Shown here one piece after another: positions 46,401-52,275 of a stretch of DNA of 64,000 nt (positions are counted from its first letter, which is position 1; every line of letters starts with the position of its first letter). The stretch comes from a virus: positions 1 through 64,000 of IMG/VR virus record IMGVR_UViG_3300048837_000984. One strand, given 5' to 3'. The notes beneath the pieces are model-generated. The model had not been told where the DNA came from. It saw only the letters and a program-made list of their open reading frames with translations, and searched no databases. A program made the translations under genes and the position numbers.

Positions 46401-48017
46401 ATCTGGGATTGAATCCATGGAATTACCGGACCAGTGACACTTACCGTTTCGTCGGACATAAAGCAAACCACCCGGTACGCTGGCGCAATAGACCTTGGCG
46501 TTATAGTCTTCGATAAAGAACGGATTGCTCTCTGTCGTTCTGGCGACAAGAGCCGTCTCTTTGCCATCTTGACTCACCAAGGCGGTAAACGTGTTGCCGT
46601 GAACCTCTTGCGCCTCTCGAAACATATAACTGCCGGAGGGCTCGAACGACCCGTATACCCGGTGACAGGGCGTAACCAGGTAATCTACCCGGTCGGTCGA
46701 CACTCCGAACATAGGTCCGCGGTAATCGTTTACGTGTAGCGCTGAAGCTTCCTCAAAAACTAGCTCACCGTTAACGTGACAAGCGAACCTTGTGTCTGCG
46801 GTTACTTCCGTCCAGGAAACCCAACCTTTATCGGTAAGAACATCTGTGTCGGCTGAATAGCAGGGAATACCTCCAACACCCATTCGGCTGACCCGGGTCT
46901 GCTGGTCCAGGATCTCAGCCGTGTTGATCTCTTCCAGACCTTGAGCCAATCCGCTGTCGTAGATGGCCGAATTGACCTGCTTGGTTAAAGCATTCGGCTG
47001 GATTGCGTCCAGATTGTTCTTGTACGTGGCTTTCCACAGAAGCTGGTTAAGGGCGTTTCCGGCTCGACTGACTCTCTCAGCAAACAGGTCTTCTGGGCCA
47101 AGAAAGTTCTGGAAAGCCAGATGGTCACGGTCGTCAGGGTCGGCCTGTGCTCTGGAGACGTCCAGTAGCTTCCGGGTCGCTGCCAGAGCGACGGTCTTGT
47201 CCAGGTTACGGTACTTCTGGCCCAGTGTTCGCGAAGTAACCTCTGGGTCAAACTCCATCTTTTGCATGGCAGCCGCGATGGCTTGTTGCTTTTCCTGGAA
47301 GCTGGCTTTGGGGTTGCCTCGCTTGACCAGCCTGGCGTAAATCTTGTCGATGACCTTGGGGTCGTCCTTGAGCGCATTTGCAGCGTACAGATCCTGACCC
47401 CAGGCCTCCTTCATCTCCTTGTCGGTCACACCCAGTGCGCGCATGACCGGAACCAGCGGCATGTGCGACTGGTCAATGTTGATCTTGAAAATACCCGTCT
47501 CCGGATCCAGGAAGTAGCGGTGTGACAGGCCCTTGCCCGGCATGACGTTGAAGTGTGACTCGACTTCACCGTTTTCCTTGACGCGAGTAAAGACGCCAGG
47601 CCGCAACCGCATCTGGTTGATAAGCGCGTATTCGGTGCCGTTCATGATGAACGTGCCCCGAGGCGTAAGGAACGGAACCTGGGCTACGGTAGACTTCTTC
47701 TCAGCTACCGGATTGCCGGCCGGATCCGTTAACCGCCAGGTACCACGAATACGCCGACTCAAGGTGGTACCAGAAAGGATGGCTTCCTTCTGCTTCTTGA
47801 GCGGATACTCTTCCGGGTCTTCGTAGTTCAAGTCGGCCAGACTCAGCTGGTACCTGGAGTTGGAAACCGGCTTTAGGCTACGAAACGAGTTCAGGACATT
47901 GTCGTAGATCGCGCGGCGAGTGGCGGTCACGTCTGTGAAGTCTCTCATGGTCAACGGTTTGACCGGAGAGAGGACTTCCTTGTCCTTGTCCTTGTCGTCA
48001 TCCAGGACGCTGATCAC
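40485..48017 (-). CDS. rpoB: RNA polymerase beta fused to the beta' N-terminal half, with three inteins (about 1470 aa spliced)
   Basis: Beta motifs GTFIMNGTE, VHPSQLG..TPES, GQNYEDAIVVSE, GDKLANRFGGKG, LNPLGVISRGN; then beta' motifs GGLFD, LPVLPP.FRP, LLG...D..GRAV, RAPVLHR and catalytic DFDGD. Confidence 0.95.
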   Translation of the reverse strand: MISVLDDDKDKDKEVLSPVKPLTMRDFTDVTATRRAIYDNVLNSFRSLKPVSNSRYQLSLADLNYEDPEEYPLKKQKEAILSGTTLSRRIRGTWRLTDPAGNPVAEKKSTVAQVPFLTPRGTFIMNGTEYALINQMRLRPGVFTRVKENGEVESHFNVMPGKGLSHRYFLDPETGIFKINIDQSHMPLVPVMRALGVTDKEMKEAWGQDLYAANALKDDPKVIDKIYARLVKRGNPKASFQEKQQAIAAAMQKMEFDPEVTSRTLGQKYRNLDKTVALAATRKLLDVSRAQADPDDRDHLAFQNFLGPEDLFAERVSRAGNALNQLLWKATYKNNLDAIQPNALTKQVNSAIYDSGLAQGLEEINTAEILDQQTRVSRMGVGGIPCYSADTDVLTDKGWVSWTEVTADTRFACHVNGELVFEEASALHVNDYRGPMFGVSTDRVDYLVTPCHRVYGSFEPSGSYMFREAQEVHGNTFTALVSQDGKETALVARTTESNPFFIEDYNAKVYCASVPGGLLYVRRNGKCHWSGNSMDSIPDEARSVHPSQLGYIDTIRTPESLKAGVDSRLAFSTRKGSDNKVYAKFLTPNGEEIWRSPQEVSDFVIAFPNEMGSGKEHVVAMVNGQTKMVPRESVQLVMPHFENAFSPLANMIPLKGSSKGQRVAMGSRFLTQALPLRDPEAPLVQSGMPGKPNTSFEEHYGQYLGAVRAADKLGRVRAADNDSITVQYEDGETKTYDLYNNFPYARKTFAHSTPLVKEGDPVRPGQLLARSNNTDENGTVALGKNLKVGYISFRGQNYEDAIVVSESAAKKLSSENMYQSGVEFDKSSKKGKNNFVSIFPTKYERRLLDQIDDDGVIKPGTVVKEGDPLILMARQRDVSHRQVHSSHGGSFSDSSVVWDHHNEGVVTDVAKTAKGITVAVKAYAPLVVGDKLANRFGGKGIVAAVVPDGEMPHNEAGEAMEILLNPLGVISRGNPSQIIETILGKVAAKTGKPYKVLDWSEDVQDWTDYAQKEAEKYGIRDTETLIDPVSGRHIKDILTGSQFILKLHHTSESKTQGRGLGSYNAEGMPAKGGGEGGQCFAPRQLIATTDGPVRISKICEKRLNVKVKTYDFEKNEWTYGRVVDWFVRRCNIAALVTVKTSDGRAMHVTKNHEVFRPSGEKVSIGELRTGDYLATAGLVPTKHQWELMYGSMLGDSSVSVSAFTFEHCIQQNAYLRWKYEILSSLGAGIYDRPSRIQPCSIRGEIVRSSASSVVSLCSRHIFEPLAETCCSGIKRKKTVTDAWLEKLSGLSVAVWVLDDGSIANRAKKEGCVNYTGNIATNGFTREEAKKLATWLSRRYEEPCTVNAVGALCLSAALCRQLIKEIARWVPWSVIPASKKFLAESVRTIQENQSVIPIDKDARLGLVPLRIKEIKAYVPEKNVVETNVYDFTVEKTHNYCAGRTLVSNSKRLALMDCNALLSSGATEVLRDAKLIRGQKNQEYWSSFMSGFRPATPKAPQVYEKFINSLKASGINVQRDGSHLNLMALTDKDVDSMAEGRELQNVETVDWKDGMKPIKGGLFDPTLTGSHGGNRWSYIKLHEMMPSPVMEEPIRKLLGLTQKKFEAVLGGQEKLGDTTGPEAIYNALKAINLDQGITQAREDIRSGKKTLRSDAVKRLNYLAAAKKTGVHPSEWMINKLPVLPPMFRPVSIMQGTGGQLVSDVNYLYKEAWDANENLNAIKGQVADTAEERVTLYNAIKGVTGIGDPISPKNQEKKIKGVLQQVFGSSPKYSTVQYKLLGANMDLVGRAVVAPNPDLNMDEVGLPEDRAWAVYTPFVIRRLVMNGVSRVNALQYVKNRDEIARKALLSEIDSRPVVVTRAPVLHRYGEMAFWPKLTKSNVLQVNPTIVGSYGMDFDGDQQIGIVFASIDRTCLNNIDWIVVNDQSNLAEHRMPFSAGLRLPTLDNNDDLYVFNLEDFPHLEQIEETKGQFGRIEWYRVPEGIKVLSHGPDGQLTWTQVSRWSKHHGCPVEIVNLRSGRQIFTDDDPRAVYGVAAGTLELKRFRPAAAVEARVLVPRVVEMPEASRPEPTVTSLATVGYANAASNREFGMFDNISINEDLGYLVGCAAGDGWVPEERKAFVLSGITQPIVDKVDQIIGRLFSDKRPACLRTESKTSYGESQWHTWNSTHLARMLAELIGQKSQYKHLPVWFLKAPREFRLGLFAGIMDTDGSISVSKAKKKPQLMANVTSTSLRLTQEVSLLALSLGIRGRITNSKTPAGNPCWVWSPSNYDIHQWGGRGMVHPNKLAALESAPVEMSGPLARHDVVPVPTAIADLICKAIPKPNKERKTWLPGHGGMYSAFHDAKSSGHITRLAAEKIVEFIPGGKVDHPEWDTWRTVVANTYITWDPVESFEKTGQVEIGYDLTVPGPETFMAADGVILSNTSNYYVPATDEARDEAVAKMMPSRNLFSVRTFKADTYKPSQEYVGGLWAATAQVDNQKSQKTFASVKDAIRAFYNNNVDIDQQVSVLEH
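40755..42326 (-). mobile_element. Atypical intein (524 aa, LAGLIDADG) inserted directly after DFDGD, starting with Gln
   Basis: DFDGD|QQIGIVF...LVGCAAGDG, FAGIMDTDG...GYDLTVPGPETFMAADGVILSN|TSNYYVP. The downstream extein aligns to QMAVHVP..EA..EA..LM. Confidence 0.8.
43677..44783 (-). mobile_element. Intein (369 aa, LAGLIDADG) near the beta C-terminus
   Basis: CFAPRQ.. VTKNHEV; YGSMLGDS and VWVLDDGS; VYDFTVE..LVSN before Ser; sampled lines about 42-43% GC. Confidence 0.92.
46422..46862 (-). mobile_element. Mini-intein (147 aa) in beta
   Basis: CYSADTDVLTDKGW.. VTPCHRV.. VYCASVPGG..RRNGK..SGN before Ser. Confidence 0.9.
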
Positions 48018-48027
48018 AGGTCACCCC

Positions 48028-49335
48028 TTAGCTGAGCTCTTCTGCCTCTTCCTCGTCGTCTCTGTCGAGCTTCTTGGGCGAGATGTAAATCTCGGGCGGG
48101 TTCTGCAGAGCGCGAGACTGAGCTCGAATAGCCAAAGCCTTCTCAATGTTTCTGTCCGGAGCCTGTCCGCGAGTGTGATGGTACATGCCGCCAGCAGCCA
48201 GGGCAGCCAGCAGGCCAGCAATGGTCAAGTAAGATCCGGTACCGAAGCCAAGAACGTCTCGGGCGTCCGGTAACCCGAACAGGGCCTTCTTTTCCATTTC
48301 GTCGAAACAGGCATCCAGGACCTTGGAGTTGGCTGCCTTGTCGTACATGCTCTGGAGCTCTTCATCGAACTCCTCCTTGGCCTGGTCGAGCTCACCCTTG
48401 CGGTCGACTTTCTCCCGCTTTTTGGAGAGCCAGTTAGCAAGGGCGCTGCCACCGAGGTAGCCACCACCGAGAGCCGCGGTTGCCGCGGGCAGGAACCACC
48501 ACTTGGAAGCCTGTTCCCAGGTCGGTGCCAGGTCACCTTCCGGCCTCATGTCTGGGAGTTCAAACGACGGAATATAGCTTTTAAGCTTTTCCCAGTCGAT
48601 GAGAGGCGCAACAGGATCGCCATCTCCACCAACCTTAGCCATAGCGTACTTGCCGCGTTTCTTCTTCTTTTTCCGCTCCGGAAAGGCGAGGTCTACCGCG
48701 GTAACCGTCTCACGTGGTTCCGGTGATGCGAAGACATTATTTTTAAGTAGGTGCCAGAGAGCGCCGCCAGCCAATCCCGCACCGCCAAAAGCAAGACCGT
48801 ATTGCAGGACCTTGCTCAGTGCTGCTCGGTTTGACTCGTCGTCAGCCTTCTGGCTGAGCGGGACGTACTCAGACGTGTCGACGGGAGCTGGGCTTTTCGA
48901 CGGCGACGTGAGAGAACTCCACGTGTTCTGGAGCGAACCCAGCATCCTCGCTCCGATTGGGTTTGGTGGAGCTTCAGTCTTGGGAGCTTCAGTCTTGGGA
49001 GCTTCAGTCTTGGGAGCTTCAGTCTTGGGAGCTTCAGTCTGGTTGTATATACGCCCGACCGTCCCTCCTGTCGGAAACGTCGGCTTTACGGGTTCGGAGT
49101 CCTTTTTGGACCCGGGGTTATTTGAGGGCGTATGCCGAACAATATGGACGAGCTCCGACAGGGGCGGACCCGTTGGCGTCGGACGTGAGTCGCTACGCGG
49201 TTTTTTTACGAGATCGACGAGCGTGCTCTGCGGGATTCCAGATCCTGGCGGAGCGTCGGGGTCTTTGGGTTGTGACAACCACCACCACAGGCCCGGCCCA
49301 GGTGCAGCTAGTTTCTCTGTCAACTTACTGGCCAT
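48028..49335 (-). CDS. Glycine-zipper internal virion protein with K-x-A motifs
   Basis: Three hydrophobic Gly-rich segments; EKLAA, KVGG, DKAAN, EKKAL. Confidence 0.55.
   Translation of the reverse strand: MASKLTEKLAAPGPGLWWWLSQPKDPDAPPGSGIPQSTLVDLVKKPRSDSRPTPTGPPLSELVHIVRHTPSNNPGSKKDSEPVKPTFPTGGTVGRIYNQTEAPKTEAPKTEAPKTEAPKTEAPPNPIGARMLGSLQNTWSSLTSPSKSPAPVDTSEYVPLSQKADDESNRAALSKVLQYGLAFGGAGLAGGALWHLLKNNVFASPEPRETVTAVDLAFPERKKKKKRGKYAMAKVGGDGDPVAPLIDWEKLKSYIPSFELPDMRPEGDLAPTWEQASKWWFLPAATAALGGGYLGGSALANWLSKKREKVDRKGELDQAKEEFDEELQSMYDKAANSKVLDACFDEMEKKALFGLPDARDVLGFGTGSYLTIAGLLAALAAGGMYHHTRGQAPDRNIEKALAIRAQSRALQNPPEIYISPKKLDRDDEEEAEELS
48968..49040. repeat. 15-bp tandem repeat (4 full copies plus 13 bp) encoding (TEAPK)n
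   Basis: GGAGCTTCAGTCTTG exact copies. Confidence 0.95.
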
Positions 49336-49699
49336 CTTGAAGTCCCCTGTTCGCATGTGCTTCGGGCGTCAACTGCCCGTATGGTTGAGCCCACTCCACA
49401 TAGACAAACCGAATCCGGCCCGTGGTCTCGTCCTTGGTATGTTCCCGGTGCTGGATCTGGAACCACTGGTTGACCGCACGATCCATCACGTACTGGTAGT
49501 ACTTCTTATCCTCTTCGTCAGCCAGGTCGAACTCGTGGAACTTGAAGTCCCAGTGGACCTCGACCTTGTCCATGATCTCGTCGCCAGCCAGAATCGGTGC
49601 GGACTGCCCTCGGAAGGGGATGCCTCCAAGAGCCTTGGACCAGAACAGGTGACCCAGATGATCGTCGGACTGCTCGCCGAAGTACTTCATCAGGCTCAT
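49325..49699 (-). CDS. Hypothetical protein
   Basis: 124-aa globular-looking ORF in operon. Confidence 0.6.
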   Translation of the reverse strand: MSLMKYFGEQSDDHLGHLFWSKALGGIPFRGQSAPILAGDEIMDKVEVHWDFKFHEFDLADEEDKKYYQYVMDRAVNQWFQIQHREHTKDETTGRIRFVYVEWAQPYGQLTPEAHANRGLQDGQ

Positions 49700-49703
49700 T
49701 TTC

Positions 49704-50027
49704 TTACCTCGATCGGATCATCTTCAGTTTCTTTTGCTGCCGAGCCAGATCGGTGAGGCGCTTGTACTCAGCGATCAGCTCTTGCTTCTTAACTGTATCA
49801 ACGTCGATCGGCTGTTCTTGCGCCTTGGCCGCAACATGACCGGCTCCCGCACCAAGGGCGAGTGGCAGGCCGATACCCGCGGCTAGAAGAATTCCAGCCG
49901 TGGTTGGGGAAAGGATGGAGAAGGCCAGCTTCTCAATTCTCTGGTTGACCTGCTCTTCGTTGAGACCTTCGTCGGCACAACGAAGAAGAAAACCGACCTT
50001 GAAGGCTTCTCGTTTCGAGAGCATCAC
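49704..50027 (-). CDS. Small glycine-zipper membrane protein with K-x-A motif
   Basis: IEKLAFS followed by GILLAAGIGLPLALGAGAG. Confidence 0.6.
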   Translation of the reverse strand: MMLSKREAFKVGFLLRCADEGLNEEQVNQRIEKLAFSILSPTTAGILLAAGIGLPLALGAGAGHVAAKAQEQPIDVDTVKKQELIAEYKRLTDLARQQKKLKMIRSR

Positions 50028-50452
50028 TTGTCTCCTCGTCGCTCTTCTTCCGTCCGGAAGAACGGCAGTCCGTCCGGGCCGAGAATCTTGGGTATTTCCT
50101 TGTGTGCTTCGTCGTAGCGTGTCTCAACGCAGGGGCTGAAGTTACTTTGGAAGGTCTTTGTCCGCTTGTGTCGGATCATGTCTGCAACAGCCTTCGGGTC
50201 GTCCGGTCGACCTTGTTTCTGGGCGTGTCTACAGGACTCAACCGCATGCTCGACAAAGTCCTGGTGTTCGTTGCGCTCATCTGAGTACCGGAGTCGGCCG
50301 ATCGAGTCGTTGATGGCCTTTGCCCGGAGCAGGAACTCGCGAACCATCACTACGTCGAACTCACCAGTCTTGACGTCTTCGATGCAGATCATCCCGCTTT
50401 CAGCCCAGAAGCGGAGGTCTCGAAAACGGTAGCTCTTGCCTTCTGCCGCCAT
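50024..50452 (-). CDS. Hypothetical protein
   Basis: ATG 50452 with AAGGAG SD. Confidence 0.65.
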   Translation of the reverse strand: MAAEGKSYRFRDLRFWAESGMICIEDVKTGEFDVVMVREFLLRAKAINDSIGRLRYSDERNEHQDFVEHAVESCRHAQKQGRPDDPKAVADMIRHKRTKTFQSNFSPCVETRYDEAHKEIPKILGPDGLPFFRTEEERRGDK

Positions 50453-50492
50453 GTTATTTCTCCTTGTAGCCAGCCCCATGATACTCGATCCT

Positions 50493-50535
50493 GATAGCTA
50501 AAGAAAAGTCCCGATACAGGTTATGTATCGGGACT
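50493..50535 (-). terminator. Intrinsic terminator followed by AGCTATC
   Basis: 12-bp stem AGTCCCGATACA/TGTATCGGGACT, then TTTCTTT, then AGCTATC. Confidence 0.8.
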
Positions 50536-50546
50536 GTCTGTTCCTA

Positions 50547-50586
50547 ATGGCTAAAAAAACGGGCCGGTCGATCCTCGACCCGTTTT
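50547..50586 (-). terminator. Second tandem terminator (variant AGCCATT)
   Basis: GGTCGA/TCGACC stem with ACGGG/CCCGT extension and T7 tract, just after the 50595 stop. Confidence 0.65.
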
Positions 50587-50594
50587 CTGCCGCC

Positions 50595-50786
50595 TTATTC
50601 CGAGGCGGCGATTACTACTGGCTGCCCCTTTCTCAGGTCAACCAGTAGTAAGCGAACGATGCGAGGCTTGGCCTCGTCCGCCCGTCGAGACACCACTCCG
50701 GCGTAACCGGAGCAGTGTTCTCGGTCCTCCAACTCGACGCGAGGCTGGAGGCCGCACTGTCCGCAGTGAACGCACGTGTTGCACAT
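50595..50786 (-). CDS. 63-aa Cys-rich protein (CxxCxxCxxC)
   Basis: ATG 50786, AAGGAG SD, own promoter motif and terminator; MCNTCVHCGQC. Confidence 0.6.
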   Translation of the reverse strand: MCNTCVHCGQCGLQPRVELEDREHCSGYAGVVSRRADEAKPRIVRLLLVDLRKGQPVVIAASE

Positions 50787-50815
50787 ATGCAACACTCCTT
50801 GTTCAGGGTTAAGGG

Positions 50816-50855
50816 GATCTCAATCTATAATGCCCCCAAAACCCCGGAAATTTAG
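50816..50855 (-). promoter_or_regulatory. Tripartite phage promoter-like motif
   Basis: CTAAATT-N16-CATTATA-N3-TGAGATC. Confidence 0.65.
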
Positions 50856-50965
50856 TCCTCTTCACCGCGCACGGTAAAGAGAAACTCCTTGATCGCCCAG
50901 GTAATCAAGGAGACAGCGGTCACGATATACACCGCCTGTCCGGCGGTGTAGAGAAGATCCAACAT
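50852..50965 (-). CDS. 37-aa single-TM protein
   Basis: GGAGG SD; MLDLLYTAGQAVYIVTAVSLITWAIKEFLFTVRGEED. Confidence 0.55.
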   Translation of the reverse strand: MLDLLYTAGQAVYIVTAVSLITWAIKEFLFTVRGEED

Positions 50966-51030
50966 GGCGACCTCCAGGGTAAAACAACCTCAACACATAT
51001 TGCCACGCTTGTGGCAACTATTCAGGTCGC

Positions 51031-52164
51031 TTACTTCCCGAAGGCCATGGGCACGACGTTGGTCAGGATGCCTGCCCAGGTTCCTGCCTGTTGAAGCGAC
51101 TTTTGTGTATCTGGTTGCAAACCCGCAAGGGCTCCCAAGGTCCTGCCGACGATGGCTCCAGAAAGGTAGCCAGAGCCCATACCCAGACCGATCCGGGCCA
51201 CGTCCATTGGACTGACAAAGTTGGTACCGCCGCGAAGGGCTGAAGCCGACTCAAGCAGTCCGGTTGTAGCCGCGCGAATGGGAAGCGGCGTCTGCTGGTC
51301 CTGCCATACCGTCTGGCCAAACTGGTTCTTCGGGATGGTCGGCATGCTGTCGATAGCAAAGGCACCACCAACAGAGAAGGCAATCTTCTTAAAGACTCTC
51401 GGGACAACGACCTCGGGGAGACGATCCTGAATGCTCTGGATAAGGTCTCGAGCCGATGCCGGAGCTTTGAACTCTTCCTCCTCTTTCGGTTCTTCGTTGT
51501 TCTCTTCACCCAAATCCTGCGGTCTTACAGGCCAGTTGTCGATCCAGGCTTGCCAGCCAGGCTTGTCTGGGTTGTTGCGGTGCGAGGTTGCACCCCACCA
51601 CAACCCAGGAGCAGCGCCAAGACCGCCGCCAGCCAGGGCCGCGACCAGACTGAGTCGACCTGGCTTCAGATGCTTTTCACCGAGGAGTTTCTCGGCCAGC
51701 CAACCGCCACCGTAGCCAAGGCCAGCTCCCAGTAAGCCACCGGTCAAGGTCGCAGCCAGGGGAGTGGGACCACCCAGGTACTTGTTGATGGAACTGGGCA
51801 TGAAGTTGGCCAGAGAAGCCGCAGTCTCGGTGACAGGGTCAGCCTTCTTGACCAGGATCCACGGTTCCTCTTCCCAGGTCTCGGGAAGTTCACCAGAGGG
51901 TGCAACGACAACCTCAGTCAGGTTGCAGTTGGCCAGCTTGTCCTGCCATTCGGTGATGTTGACATCGTCGCCGTGGACCTGGATGAACAGCTCGTTACGG
52001 TCAGGGTTCCAGTGGGCTTCCTTAAGGCTGTCAGCACCGCGCAGGGCCTCACGCAACGACGGGACGAAGTCGCCCGCTGCTTTCAGGAAAGAAATCAGCT
52101 TGTCTGGAACCTGCTGCCAGTCTTCCAGCTTTCGTTGCTCAACCAGACGACTTAGAAGGTTCAT
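51031..52164 (-). CDS. Glycine-zipper internal virion protein
   Basis: TLTGGLLGAGLGYGGG, LAGGGLGAAPG, GLGMGSGYLSGAIVG; KKAD, KKIAF. Confidence 0.55.
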   Translation of the reverse strand: MNLLSRLVEQRKLEDWQQVPDKLISFLKAAGDFVPSLREALRGADSLKEAHWNPDRNELFIQVHGDDVNITEWQDKLANCNLTEVVVAPSGELPETWEEEPWILVKKADPVTETAASLANFMPSSINKYLGGPTPLAATLTGGLLGAGLGYGGGWLAEKLLGEKHLKPGRLSLVAALAGGGLGAAPGLWWGATSHRNNPDKPGWQAWIDNWPVRPQDLGEENNEEPKEEEEFKAPASARDLIQSIQDRLPEVVVPRVFKKIAFSVGGAFAIDSMPTIPKNQFGQTVWQDQQTPLPIRAATTGLLESASALRGGTNFVSPMDVARIGLGMGSGYLSGAIVGRTLGALAGLQPDTQKSLQQAGTWAGILTNVVPMAFGK

Positions 52165-52173
52165 AGTCTTCTC

Positions 52174-52208
52174 GATAGCTAAAAATTGGACCGGCATACA
52201 CCGGTCCA
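52174..52208 (-). terminator. Intrinsic terminator followed by AGCTATC
   Basis: TGGACCGG-N6-CCGGTCCA, ATTTTT, then AGCTATC. Confidence 0.7.
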
Positions 52209-52235
52209 GAGATCGCCAACCCCTGAACTCTGTGG

Positions 52236-52275
52236 GAGTTCATTGTATATTGTCTCACATTTGCCGATAATTTAG
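52236..52275 (-). promoter_or_regulatory. Tripartite phage promoter-like motif
   Basis: CTAAATT-N16-CAATATA-N3-TGAACTC. Confidence 0.55.

Noticed and set aside
35442-48017. Group I/II introns or frameshifts in the RNAP genes
   Set aside because: Both genes are continuous ORFs, and all insertions have Hint block A/F/G termini (block A atypical only in the Gln-start element).
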